Below are positions 10,083 through 20,254 of a stretch of 52,970 nt of DNA, in pieces. The stretch is taken from the NCBI GenBank assembly GCA_013152275.1, contig JAADGS010000026.1:124001-176970 (forward strand), written 5' to 3'. The DNA is from Actinomycetota bacterium. Lineage in GTDB: Bacteria; Actinomycetota; Acidimicrobiia; Spongiisociales; UBA4744. Position 1 is the first letter of the stretch. Each line of letters starts with the position of its first letter. The position numbers and the translations under genes are program-made. The notes beneath the pieces were generated by a model that saw only the letters and a list, made by a program, of their open reading frames with translations, was not told the DNA's origin and searched no databases.

Positions 10083-11012
10083 ATGATCATTCGAGTCGAT
10101 GCCGGGCTGGCCGGCGAACGGGCAGACAAGATCGTTGCGATGCTCGCGCAGGTAAGTCGTGGTGTGGCTCGCCGACTGATCGACTCGGGAGCAGTGCAGA
10201 TCGAGGGATCTCCGGTGGCACCGAAGGATCGCCTGGATGTCGGCGCGGTGATCTCGGTCGAGTTCCCGGCGGTCGAGATGCTGGAGCCCGAGGAGGTTGC
10301 CTTCGAGGTGCGCCACGAAGATGCCGATGTCGCAGTGATCGACAAGCCTGCGGGCATCGTCGTTCATCCGGGCACAGGGGTGATCGGAGGGACGCTTGCC
10401 GGTGGTCTGCTGTTCCGGTGGCCGCAGATCCGCGGCGTCGGCCAGGAGAATCGGTGGGGGATCGTCCATCGATTGGACCGGGATACGTCAGGGCTTCTTG
10501 CCGTAGCACTCACCGAAGCTGCTTACGAAGGCTTGACAGCGGCCATCAGGGCTCGCGAGGTCTCCCGGACCTACCTCGCTCTTGTTCAGGGCGGTTTCGT
10601 GCTTCCCGGCGGCACGATCGATGCACCGATCGGACGGGACCCACGGCGTCCGACACGTCGTGTCGTACGACGGGAGGGTCGACCGGCCAGGACGCACTAT
10701 CGGCGCCTCGCCGGCTGGAGCGATCCAGGTGTCAGCCTTCTCGAAGTGCAACTCGAGACGGGGCGAACCCATCAGATCAGAGTTCATCTCGAATCAATCG
10801 GGCATCCCGTCATCGGTGATCGTGCCTACGGGTCGACCGGTCCCAGGATGCCTTGTGTCGAACGGATGTGGCTTCACGCGGTGTCGCTGTCGTTCGAGCA
10901 TCCGATAACCGGAGTGAGCGTCGACGTCACATCTCCGTTGCCGAGCGACCTGCAGAGCACGCTCGACGAGTTGGGAAATGCCGACGTCGGGGGTTACCCG
11001 AAGAACACCTGA
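10083..11012 (+). CDS. RluA/RluD-family pseudouridine synthase
   Basis: S4-like N-terminus, DKPAGIVVHP, HRLDRDTSG, LETGRTHQIRVH. Confidence 0.96.
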   Translation: MIIRVDAGLAGERADKIVAMLAQVSRGVARRLIDSGAVQIEGSPVAPKDRLDVGAVISVEFPAVEMLEPEEVAFEVRHEDADVAVIDKPAGIVVHPGTGVIGGTLAGGLLFRWPQIRGVGQENRWGIVHRLDRDTSGLLAVALTEAAYEGLTAAIRAREVSRTYLALVQGGFVLPGGTIDAPIGRDPRRPTRRVVRREGRPARTHYRRLAGWSDPGVSLLEVQLETGRTHQIRVHLESIGHPVIGDRAYGSTGPRMPCVERMWLHAVSLSFEHPITGVSVDVTSPLPSDLQSTLDELGNADVGGYPKNT

Positions 11013-12019
11013 GCCGTGTCGTAGAGGGCTTCGTCGACACCGCGTGTGCTCTCGCAGGCCACTTCGAGGGAGACGGCACCGATATGCCTTCCCCTCAGCG
11101 CAACCATCGTTCCCCACCGTTCTTCTGCAGCGAGGTCCGCTGCGCCGACGCCAAGCCTGGTTCCCAGGACGCGATCGTAGGCGGACGGAGTGCCACCTCG
11201 TTGGATGTGCCCGAGGACGGTGACGCGCGACTCGAAACCGGTCATATCTTCGAGGACAGGGGCGATCTGATAGCTGACACCGCCGAGACGCTCGAATCCG
11301 AAGGCGTCCACCTGCTGGGGCATCGCGCACGGGGCCGGTGGCTGTACCCCCTCGGCGACGACGACCACCGAGTACTTGTGACCTCGGCGGTGGCGCGCTC
11401 GGATGATATCGGCACACTGTTCGAGATCGCAGGGGATCTCGGGGATGAGGATCGCGTCTGCACCGGCTGCGATACCCGCGTAGGTGGCGATCCAGCCTCG
11501 TGTGCGGCCCATGACCTCGACCAGCATGATGCGATGGTGGGCCTCGGCGGTGGTCGTGATCCGATCGATGGCCTCGGTGGCGATCTCGACGGCGGTGTTG
11601 AAGCCGAAGGTCGTGTCGGTGGCGTTGATGTCGTTGTCGATCGTCTTGGGGACTCCCACGACGTTCAACCCATCCTCGGAGAGCCGCAGCGCGGTTGCGA
11701 GCGTTCCATCGCCGCCGACCACGATCACGCCGTCCAGCCCGTTGTTACGCACGGTCGTGGCGATACTCGCGTAGCCGTTGCCGTGCACGTATGGATCCTT
11801 CCTCGACGAACCGAGGATCGTGCCACCTCGTTGCAGGATGCCCCGTACGGCATCGCGATCGAGTGGCACGACGTCGCCGTCCATCAGCCCTTCCCATCCA
11901 TTGAGGATGCCAACGACCTCTACTCCGTGCGTGATCGTCGCTCGCGACACGACCGCCCTGATTACGGCGTTCAACCCGGGACAGTCACCTCCTGCGGTCA
12001 GTATCCCAAGGACCTTCAT
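10994..12019 (-). CDS. pfkA: 6-phosphofructokinase, GGDG (ATP-type) signature
   Basis: TAGGDCPGLN, GGDGT, PKTIDND, EVMGR, LGHIQRGG. Confidence 0.94.
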   Translation of the reverse strand: MKVLGILTAGGDCPGLNAVIRAVVSRATITHGVEVVGILNGWEGLMDGDVVPLDRDAVRGILQRGGTILGSSRKDPYVHGNGYASIATTVRNNGLDGVIVVGGDGTLATALRLSEDGLNVVGVPKTIDNDINATDTTFGFNTAVEIATEAIDRITTTAEAHHRIMLVEVMGRTRGWIATYAGIAAGADAILIPEIPCDLEQCADIIRARHRRGHKYSVVVVAEGVQPPAPCAMPQQVDAFGFERLGGVSYQIAPVLEDMTGFESRVTVLGHIQRGGTPSAYDRVLGTRLGVGAADLAAEERWGTMVALRGRHIGAVSLEVACESTRGVDEALYDTAQVFFG

Positions 12020-13167
12020 CAGTACAGGAACATCGGTTTGCCGGACACGTGGCGGACCTTGGGTCGATAGGTGTCCGAGTTGTACAACTCTTCGACATCG
12101 ACCCGCTTGACACCCTCTCGTGTGACGCTGATCGGGACGCTGGTGTAGGTTCCGCCTCGGAGGGCGACCATACGTCCCGATGCGCCCTCGATGGCCAGGT
12201 CGGCGGCCATGACCGCGTAGTTCGTGGCGACCATCAGATCGAGCGAGTCCGGGCTTCCCGAGCGCATCAGATAGCCGATCTGCTGGTAGACGATGCCCTG
12301 ACCGGTCTTTTCCTTCAGAAGCTGTCCGGTGAGTGCACCGATGCCGCCGAGCTTGCGATGGCCGTACGCGTCGGCATCCCCGCTGAGCATCATCTCGCCA
12401 CCTTTGATGGTTGCACCTTCCGAGATGGTCATCATCGCGTAGTTACTCGGATTCCGGTTCCGGTCTTCCATGAGGAGGGCGGCCAGTTTGTCGATATCGA
12501 ACGGGACCTCGGAGATGATCGCCCGGTCGACTCCGGCGAGATAGGCCGTGATCAGCGATGTCTCTCCGCTGTAACGGCCGAAGAGCTCGACCACCGCGAG
12601 GCGCTCGTGTGAGCCTGTCGAGGTGCGCAGGTTGTGGATGAACTGAACCCCTCGGGTCACTGCGGTCGAGAAACCGATGCAATAGTCGGTGCCGTGCACG
12701 TCGTTGTCCATCGTCTTGGGGATGGCGATGACCGGTACGCCTTCATGGTGCATGCGCAGACCGTATGACAGCGTGTCGTCACCACCGATCGGGATCAAGA
12801 CATCGATCTTCTGGGCTTCGACGATGTCGAGGACGTGTCGGGTGAAGTCATATGGCGCATCGCCCGATGTCTGATCCTGAAGGAACTCGGGCACGTCTGC
12901 GGCCGGTACCTTGCCCGGATTCGTGCGAGACGTGTGCAGAAAGGTTCCACCGGTGCGATCCACCGTACGGACCCTGGCTCTGTCGAGCGGGATGAAGTTG
13001 CGGTCGAGACTTTCCGGATCGCTCGGGTTGGCTTCGAGGAGGCCGCCCCAGCCTCGGCGAATCCCCAGAACGTCGTGGCCTTCGTCGCTGACCCTGTCGA
13101 CGACCGCCTTGATGCAGGGGTTCAGCCCTGGTACATCACCGCCGCCGGTGAGGATGCCGATTCTCAT
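12019..13167 (-). CDS. PfkA-family phosphofructokinase, GGDD (PPi-type) signature
   Basis: [37 protein letters not shown] 13167 overlaps the stop of the upstream gene. Confidence 0.9.
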   Translation of the reverse strand: MRIGILTGGGDVPGLNPCIKAVVDRVSDEGHDVLGIRRGWGGLLEANPSDPESLDRNFIPLDRARVRTVDRTGGTFLHTSRTNPGKVPAADVPEFLQDQTSGDAPYDFTRHVLDIVEAQKIDVLIPIGGDDTLSYGLRMHHEGVPVIAIPKTMDNDVHGTDYCIGFSTAVTRGVQFIHNLRTSTGSHERLAVVELFGRYSGETSLITAYLAGVDRAIISEVPFDIDKLAALLMEDRNRNPSNYAMMTISEGATIKGGEMMLSGDADAYGHRKLGGIGALTGQLLKEKTGQGIVYQQIGYLMRSGSPDSLDLMVATNYAVMAADLAIEGASGRMVALRGGTYTSVPISVTREGVKRVDVEELYNSDTYRPKVRHVSGKPMFLY

Positions 13168-14066
13168 GACGATGCTCCCTCGTAGATGTCGATAAAGTGA
13201 CGGAAGTTGGCGGCGATGTCGGTAACGGCTTCGGAACGGCTCATCGTGCCGTCCTTGAGTCCTTCCACACCTGCCCACCAGATGGTCCGGCCGATGGCGA
13301 ATCCCACGTAACCTGGGGTGCCTGCGCCGACGGCGAGCCAGCGGGCGACTCTGGCACTGTCGGCCCAGCGTCCGAGGACGACGGCGGAGACGTGATCCCT
13401 TCCACCCCGACGAATCAGTTTGGAGATGAGATCACAGTCGATGGCGCGATCGAGTCCTTCGATCTTCCAGATATCCGGTTCGACGCCGGCAGCCTGAATC
13501 TCATCGATCGTCTGCAACATCAGGTGCGGACGAATCTCGGTGTCGTACGCGTCCACGTTCCCCCCGACCAACGCGAGTTGCGCCTCCGCGGCCGGCACGA
13601 GAAGCTCGAAGAGAAAGGTCCTGTCATGATCGTGGAGCCAGTTGCCAAGGCGAGCGAGCCTTGCTCCCTGCTGTTCCTTGATCTCGTCTGCGTCGTCCGG
13701 ATTCCACCACACGAGCACCTTCGAGAGATCGGGATCGAATTCCTCGATGTGGCTTCCGAACGCCTCCCCGTACTCGAAGTCGAACGTAGTTTGATCAGAT
13801 TTCTCGACGGGCATCGCCAGTCTGATACCACTCGCCTTGGCGTCGCGAGCCACATCGGCTCCCATCTCTTCGTCGACGAGAATGCCGATGGAATCGAGGG
13901 GGGCACCATCGGAGATAGCTTGCTGGACACCTTCGAAGATGAGCCGCTTCGCGTCGATGACACGTGCCTTTTCGTCGGCGCCGGGTTCCCTGCCTGTGAT
14001 TCCGAACATCTTCTTCATGAAGCTTCCACGATGATCGAAAGCCAGGATGTAGTGGTTCCGGTTCAC
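13164..14066 (-). CDS. Stand-alone DUF2090 (IolC C-terminal-like) class I aldolase-fold protein
   Basis: [55 protein letters not shown]. Confidence 0.82.
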   Translation of the reverse strand: MNRNHYILAFDHRGSFMKKMFGITGREPGADEKARVIDAKRLIFEGVQQAISDGAPLDSIGILVDEEMGADVARDAKASGIRLAMPVEKSDQTTFDFEYGEAFGSHIEEFDPDLSKVLVWWNPDDADEIKEQQGARLARLGNWLHDHDRTFLFELLVPAAEAQLALVGGNVDAYDTEIRPHLMLQTIDEIQAAGVEPDIWKIEGLDRAIDCDLISKLIRRGGRDHVSAVVLGRWADSARVARWLAVGAGTPGYVGFAIGRTIWWAGVEGLKDGTMSRSEAVTDIAANFRHFIDIYEGASS

Positions 14067-14177
14067 AGGGTCTCCTTGCCGATCAATGAGCCTTCATGCT
14101 ACCCGTCGGGTTCGTCGAGGCCACTTCGGGTGGGGCCGACAAACGCTGGTAGGGTGGAAATTTCAGCGGTGTAATTC

Positions 14178-17100
14178 ATGGACGGCTTCGCACATCTGCA
14201 TCTCCACACTGAGTTCTCCATGCTCGATGGAGCAGCCCGCGTCCACGACGTGGTTCGTGCCGCGCGTGAGGACGGCCAGCCTGCAGTGGCGATCACGGAT
14301 CACGGCGTCATGTACGGAGTCATCGATTTCTATCAGGCAGCGCGCGACGAGGGTGTCAAGCCGATCATCGGCGTCGAGGCCTATGTCACTCCCGGCTCAC
14401 GGTTCGACAGGCCCCCGAGAAACCGAAATGTTCGCTTCCATCTGACACTCCTTGCCGAGAACAACACCGGCTACCAGAACCTCATGAAACTGGTGAGTAA
14501 GGCGTATCTCGAGGGGTATTACTACAAGCCCCGGATGGACCTCGACCTGCTCGCCGAGCACAGCGAGGGAATCATCGCGGCGTCAGGCTGTCTCGGCGGA
14601 GAAGTCCCGCAGCTCCTCGCACCGGATGCCTCGCGGGAAGAGGGGAACCAGGGCCAGGTCCGTGATTTCGACGCCGCGCTCACTGCGGCCGCTCGCTATC
14701 AGGACCTCTTCGGCAAGGAGAACTTCTACATCGAGTTGCAGGACCACGGGATCGATGCGCAGCAAAGGGTGCTTCCCGACCTGGTCGAGATCGCACGGCG
14801 GATCGGTGCACCGTTGCTCGCAACCAACGACTCGCACTACACACGACAGGAAGAGGCAGACACCCATGATGTCCTCCTGTGCATCCAGACCGGTGCAACG
14901 ATCAGTGACCCGAACCGTTTCAAGTTTCAGGGTCAGGAGTTCTATCTCAAACCCGCTCGAGAGATGCGTTCTCTGTTCCCGGACGACCTCTATCCGGGCG
15001 CGGCGGACAACACGCTCGCGATCGCAGAGCGCGCCGACGTCGAGTTGAGATTCGGTGAGATCCTTCTTCCCCAGTTTCCGGTCCCGGAAGGCGAAACGGA
15101 GATCTCCTATCTGAGAGATCTCGTCTTCGAGGGAGCACGAACCCGGTATGGTGAACCACTTTCCGCAGAAGTGATCGAAAGGGCCGAACACGAGTTGAGG
15201 ATCATCGAGGAGATGGGTTTCCCCGCCTACTTCCTGATCGTGTGGGACTTGATTCGATATGCCCGCGAGAACGGGATTCGCGTCGGACCGGGCCGCGGAA
15301 GCGCTGCAGGATCGATTGTCTCCTACTGCTTGCGGATCACCGACCTGGACCCGCTTCGCTACGCGCTGATCTTCGAGCGGTTCCTGAATCCCGGACGGCG
15401 CCAAATGCCGGATATCGACATGGACTTCGACGAGCGTTATCGGTCCGACGTCATCCGGTATGCCGCCGAGCGTTACGGCAGCGATCATGTAGCGCAGATC
15501 GTGACGTTCTCCACGATCAAAGGTCGTCAAGCGCTGCGGGACTCGGCGCGCGTGCTTGGCTTTTCCTACGGATTCGGTGATCGCATCGCCAAGATGATGC
15601 CGCCGGCGATCCTCGGTGCCGAGGCCTCCCTGACCCAGTGCCTCACCGATCCGGGCAAGGGTGTCGATCCGGCCCTGCGCGATTTCTTTGCCAACGCCGC
15701 GCAGCTACGAGCGGTCTACGAGACGGAGGAAGATGCCCGGAAGGTGATCGATACGGCCCGCGGCCTCGAGGGGCTTCGCAGACAGGACAGCATTCACGCC
15801 GCAGCGGTCGTGATCTCTCCCGAGCCGCTCACCAACCTGGTTCCACTGCAGCAGAAGGGTGAGGGAGCCGAGATCGTCACCCAGTATGAGATGCACGGTG
15901 TCGAGGATCTCGGACTTCTCAAGATGGACTTCCTTGGCCTACGGAACCTCGCGACGATCGACCGTGCGCTCGAGCTGATCGAACAGTCGACGGGTGAGAA
16001 GATCGACATCGACGCCATCCCGCTCGACGATCCCGAGACGTTCGAGATGATTCGTGCCGGCGATACGATCGGCGTCTTTCAGCTCGAGGGCTCGGCGATG
16101 CGTTCCCTGATCCGGGCTCTTCAGCCGGAGACGTTCGACCACATCATCGCCGTGAACGCCCTGTTCCGACCTGGCCCCATGGGCATGAACATGCACTACG
16201 AGTATGCGGACCGAAAGAACGGTCGTAAACCCGTCGAGTATCCACATCCTGCGATCGAGCCGTTCTTGCGGTCCACCTACGGGATCATCGTCTATCAAGA
16301 ACAGGTCATGCAGGTTGCCCAGGCTGTTGCCGGCTACTCGATGACAGAGGCCGACATGTTGCGCAAAGCCATGGGCAAGAAGGTCAAGTCGATGATGGCA
16401 CAGGAGCGCGACAAGTTCGTGGCGGGGTGCGTCGCGGCCGGGAATCCCGAGAAGCTGGGCAAGGAACTCTGGGATGCAATCGAACCGTTTGCAGGATACG
16501 GCTTCAACAAGTCGCACAGCGCGGCGTACGGATATGTCGCCTACCAGACGGCGTGGCTGAAAGCCCACTATCCGGCCGAGTACCTCGCTGCGCTGCTCAC
16601 GTCCACGAAGAAGGACAAGGATCGCACGGCTTTGTACCTGAGTGAGTGCCGCAGTCAGGGCATCGAGGTGCTGGTCCCCGATGTCAACCGTTCAGAGTTG
16701 GATTTCGTGGTGCGCGACGGCCGGATCGTGTTCGGCATGTCTGCCATCCGCAATGTCGGCGAGGGTGTTGTCGAACGCATCCTCGCGGCGAGGCGAGAGG
16801 CCGGTCCGTTCAAGGATTTTCAGGATTTTGTCGATCGCGTGGACCTGTCTGCGCTCAACAAGCGTACGGTCGAATCGCTGATCAAGGCGGGTGCATTCGA
16901 CAGCTTCAACGTTACGCGGCGGGGTCTCATGCTGAGCTTCGGGCAGATTCTGGATGCCACCCTGACTCGCCGGCGTAACGAGGAGATGGGACAGTTCAGC
17001 CTGTTCGGAGGCGATTCCGGTCCCGGAGACGTGCAGTCGATCTCGATCCCCTCGGTCGAGTGGGACAAGCGGGTCCGTTTGGGCTTTGAGAAGGAGATGC

Positions 17101-17681
17101 TCGGCTTGTTCATCTCCGACCATCCGCTCCTCGGCGTGGAGCATCTCCTCGGCCGTTTCGTGACGTGCACGATTCCTGAGCTGTGGGAGATGGAGGACAC
17201 GACTTCGGTCACCGTTGGGGGGTTGGTCGGGTCGGTCAATCGTCGCTTTACCCGCAAGGGGGAGCCAATGGTGTTCTTCGAGCTCGAAGACCTCGAAGGG
17301 TCTGTCGAGATCATCGCGTTTCCGAAGGCGGTGATGGCCGCAGGCCCCATGATCAGAGAGGACGCCGTCCTCGTCGTCAGCGGCCACCTGGATCATCGCG
17401 GCGATGACATCAAAGTGATCGCCCGCGAGGTCATCGAGCCTGAGCTTCGTTCTGAGCAGTCCGTGCGTTTGAAGGTGCCGGCCGTCCAGCTTTCACCCGA
17501 TCTCGTGTCGAGACTTCAGGAGATCCTCGCGAATCATCCAGGTCCGGCTCCCGTCTATATCGAGATGATGTCGAATGGTGACTCGAAGGTGTGGCAGCTG
17601 TCCGATGAGTACCGGGTGGAGCCGAGGAGCGCACTGTACGCCGAACTCAGAGAGCTGTTGGGCTCCAAGGCGGTCACGTAG
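14178..17681 (+). CDS. dnaE: DNA polymerase III alpha subunit
   Basis: HLHLHTEFSMLDG PHP domain, GPGRGSAAGS, MPDIDMDF, KMDFLGL, YGFNKSH, OB fold. Confidence 0.98.
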   Translation: MDGFAHLHLHTEFSMLDGAARVHDVVRAAREDGQPAVAITDHGVMYGVIDFYQAARDEGVKPIIGVEAYVTPGSRFDRPPRNRNVRFHLTLLAENNTGYQNLMKLVSKAYLEGYYYKPRMDLDLLAEHSEGIIAASGCLGGEVPQLLAPDASREEGNQGQVRDFDAALTAAARYQDLFGKENFYIELQDHGIDAQQRVLPDLVEIARRIGAPLLATNDSHYTRQEEADTHDVLLCIQTGATISDPNRFKFQGQEFYLKPAREMRSLFPDDLYPGAADNTLAIAERADVELRFGEILLPQFPVPEGETEISYLRDLVFEGARTRYGEPLSAEVIERAEHELRIIEEMGFPAYFLIVWDLIRYARENGIRVGPGRGSAAGSIVSYCLRITDLDPLRYALIFERFLNPGRRQMPDIDMDFDERYRSDVIRYAAERYGSDHVAQIVTFSTIKGRQALRDSARVLGFSYGFGDRIAKMMPPAILGAEASLTQCLTDPGKGVDPALRDFFANAAQLRAVYETEEDARKVIDTARGLEGLRRQDSIHAAAVVISPEPLTNLVPLQQKGEGAEIVTQYEMHGVEDLGLLKMDFLGLRNLATIDRALELIEQSTGEKIDIDAIPLDDPETFEMIRAGDTIGVFQLEGSAMRSLIRALQPETFDHIIAVNALFRPGPMGMNMHYEYADRKNGRKPVEYPHPAIEPFLRSTYGIIVYQEQVMQVAQAVAGYSMTEADMLRKAMGKKVKSMMAQERDKFVAGCVAAGNPEKLGKELWDAIEPFAGYGFNKSHSAAYGYVAYQTAWLKAHYPAEYLAALLTSTKKDKDRTALYLSECRSQGIEVLVPDVNRSELDFVVRDGRIVFGMSAIRNVGEGVVERILAARREAGPFKDFQDFVDRVDLSALNKRTVESLIKAGAFDSFNVTRRGLMLSFGQILDATLTRRRNEEMGQFSLFGGDSGPGDVQSISIPSVEWDKRVRLGFEKEMLGLFISDHPLLGVEHLLGRFVTCTIPELWEMEDTTSVTVGGLVGSVNRRFTRKGEPMVFFELEDLEGSVEIIAFPKAVMAAGPMIREDAVLVVSGHLDHRGDDIKVIAREVIEPELRSEQSVRLKVPAVQLSPDLVSRLQEILANHPGPAPVYIEMMSNGDSKVWQLSDEYRVEPRSALYAELRELLGSKAVT

Positions 17682-17710
17682 GAAGGTTCCGGCAGTCGGG
17701 TGGAGGCCGG

Positions 17711-18739
17711 CTACCGGGCCGCTCCAAGCAGGCGGTCCAGATCCAGGCCTTCCGCCGAGTCGATCATCGCAGCGAGTCGCTCCAGGTCCGTCGGCGCGCT
17801 GGATTGCCAGGGGATCGTCGCGGGATGGATATGCCAGCGAGCAGAGAACCGATGGCGGACCGCGGCTTGGCGGTGCGCCTCTGTTCCCCACCGGCGAAGA
17901 TTCTCGGCGATGGGCCCGGACACGGGAGACTCGGCTCCGTACCAGGCTTCGGGCAGCGTGCGGTTGAAGACGACGAACTCCGGTGGTCCCGGTTCGAGTT
18001 CAAAGAAGCGGGCGGCTTCGGCGATGGGCGAAGGATCTGCGGTGGTGACCACCACCGTGTGAGCGCTGCGGAGGAGGCGTTCGATTTCCTTGCTTCTCTT
18101 GGCAATACCGTCGTACGCAGCACGAAGATCGAGCAGGAAGTCTGCAACTGCTTCGAGGAGCTCGGAGCCGAGCGCGACATCCGCGATCCGGAGTGCGGGA
18201 CGAGCGGTGAACTGGTAGAAGAGTTTGCGTCCCGGCAGCGAGCCGCCGGTCAGCCACTTGAGCAGGCGGCCACCGATGAGATCGCGCATCCTGGCCGGAG
18301 AGGTGAAGAATTCGATACCGCCGGCGGCAGGCGGGGTATCCACGACGATCACATCCCATCGCTCGCTCTGGGCATGCACGGTCATCTCTTCGGCGGCGGC
18401 GAATGCCTGGGATGCCGGGAAGTGCTGTGTTGCGGCCTCGAAGAACGGGTTCGAGGTCAGCCTCGGCGCAACTTCCGGTGGCGCGTAGTGCTGGGCGATC
18501 TCATTCCAGGACCGGGCGGCGTCGACCATCGCCCCCCAGAGCAGCGGCTCCTCTACCAAGGGAGTGGGATCTGCACCCAGATCGTCGAGTCCGAGGGCCG
18601 TTGCGAGCCGTTTGGCCGGATCGATGGTGACAACAAGCGTGCGATGACCGCGTCGGGCCGCGGCCAGGGCCAGCCCTGCGGAGAGGGTCGTCTTGCCGAC
18701 ACCGCCGCCGCCGGTGATGAGCACGATGCGAGTGCTCAC
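17711..18739 (-). CDS. ArsA/Get3-like ATPase (Rv3680-like)
   Basis: GGGGVGKTT, TIDPAKRLA, VVDTPP; GTG start overlaps the TGA of the partner gene. Confidence 0.88.
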   Translation of the reverse strand: MSTRIVLITGGGGVGKTTLSAGLALAAARRGHRTLVVTIDPAKRLATALGLDDLGADPTPLVEEPLLWGAMVDAARSWNEIAQHYAPPEVAPRLTSNPFFEAATQHFPASQAFAAAEEMTVHAQSERWDVIVVDTPPAAGGIEFFTSPARMRDLIGGRLLKWLTGGSLPGRKLFYQFTARPALRIADVALGSELLEAVADFLLDLRAAYDGIAKRSKEIERLLRSAHTVVVTTADPSPIAEAARFFELEPGPPEFVVFNRTLPEAWYGAESPVSGPIAENLRRWGTEAHRQAAVRHRFSARWHIHPATIPWQSSAPTDLERLAAMIDSAEGLDLDRLLGAAR

Positions 18740-19593
18740 AGGGCCCGCCACAGGTCCGCGATCCGTGCTGCAACCTCGGGTGGCGTGTGCAATCCGAACA
18801 GGTATGGGATCTGTGGCCCATCCGGCAGATCTCGGAGCCACCGTTGCTGTTCTTCGTACAGGGCCGTGTGGAGCAGCGCCGCCTCTTTGGCGGGTCCGTC
18901 TTCGAGATGATCGATGTCGTCCGCCGCCGTACCGAGAGCCGGCAGAGTTCGATTCACGACGACGGCGGCCGTGGTGATGAGTCCCTCGTCGCGCACATCC
19001 TCGAGGCTTTGGAGAGTTTCGGTGACGGGGAGCTCCTCGGGGATCGTCACGACGACGAGACCTGTCGCGGTATCGTCGGTGAGCAGGTGGGTCATCCACG
19101 CCGTTTGATCACGAACACGACCGGTCCCAACGAGTCTGGCGACGGTCGTGGGGGCTCGCAGGTGCGAGCCGATCTGGCCGGTCGGAGGGCCGTCCGCCAC
19201 GACGAGGTCCCACGGGCCGCTTCTGGCCTCGTAAAGGACCTTCCCGATGGTGATGACCTCTCGGATACCGGGTGCCGTCGACGCAACGGCATCGAATGCC
19301 CTCGCCACCGGGCCAAGCTGGGCGACCCTCGGCACGCCGAGTTGAACCCGAAGATATTCGTTGAGCGCAGCAGGTCGCTGGATCGCCATGGCTTCCAGGC
19401 CGGGTCGGATACGGGTGGGCGTGTAGCTGAGCCTGTCGACGCCCAAGTGGGCCGCCAGGCCTGCGCCGTCGGTCATCGCGACTGCGAGCACCCTCTTCCC
19501 GTCGTAGGCGGAACGAAGCGCGAGAGCGGCACTGACGGCAGATCTGCCGACACCACCCTTGCCGGTGATGATGAGCAATCGCTTGTCGAACAC
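18736..19593 (-). CDS. ArsA/Get3-like ATPase (Rv3679-like)
   Basis: TGKGGVGRS, APGIREVITIGKV, DGPPTG, PEELPVTET; GTG 6 nt after TACGCT. Confidence 0.88.
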   Translation of the reverse strand: MFDKRLLIITGKGGVGRSAVSAALALRSAYDGKRVLAVAMTDGAGLAAHLGVDRLSYTPTRIRPGLEAMAIQRPAALNEYLRVQLGVPRVAQLGPVARAFDAVASTAPGIREVITIGKVLYEARSGPWDLVVADGPPTGQIGSHLRAPTTVARLVGTGRVRDQTAWMTHLLTDDTATGLVVVTIPEELPVTETLQSLEDVRDEGLITTAAVVVNRTLPALGTAADDIDHLEDGPAKEAALLHTALYEEQQRWLRDLPDGPQIPYLFGLHTPPEVAARIADLWRAL

Positions 19594-19728
19594 GTGATCA
19601 GCGTAGTGCGCCCGGGCGACACGACCGGTTCGAGACCTTCGCAAGACGGTAGCCTTCCGGGGGTCTGCCGGGCAGCGGCGGTGCACGCGCCAAGCAGTGT
19701 TCGGCGGGCCCCGAGTGAAGGAGGAATC

Positions 19729-19944
19729 ATGGCCGAGTTCGACGTAGACGAGTTCTTGCGGCGTTTCGAGGAACGAGCGAAGGCGGTGAAGGAGCGAGGT
19801 CTACCGCCCGTGGCCGGGCCGGAGCGCAAAACCCTCATCGAGCAGGCCGAACGCGACTATATGGACTTTTCTCTGGTGGCTGCTGCCGACTGGTCGCTCG
19901 AGGAGGGCTCGTTGGTGCTGAGAATCCCGCTGCGTCGCCCGTAG
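19729..19944 (+). CDS. Small hypothetical protein (71 aa)
   Basis: Strong AAGGAGG RBS; MAEFDVDEFLRRFEERAKAVKERGLPPV; GC-rich third positions. Confidence 0.75.
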   Translation: MAEFDVDEFLRRFEERAKAVKERGLPPVAGPERKTLIEQAERDYMDFSLVAAADWSLEEGSLVLRIPLRRP

Positions 19945-20254
19945 GACCCTGCTCGGCGTTGGCGGGCGTAGGGGCGACCGGGCGCATCACGTACATCGTG
20001 CCGGGTCGCGGGTACTCCCGCACTTCGTATCACGGCCTCAGGTCGATGCAACGGTGTGGGGCGGGTGAGACGGCTGCTGCCATCAACTTCGAAGAGTCGC
20101 AAGACGTGACGGATCGATGCAGATCACTCCGGCCCGGTTGAGAACCGATCGGGTAGATCTGTGCCGATGACTGGTACACGGCCGTCGAAAAGCGTGCCGT
20201 TCATCGTGCAACGGCTTCGTCGTCGGGTATCGTCGCCGGAGATCGGCAGGCGGC

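Noticed and set aside
19945..20254. Gene or ncRNA in the gap between the 71-aa gene and thyX
   Set aside because: Only short unconvincing ORFs and weak hairpins; nothing I can support
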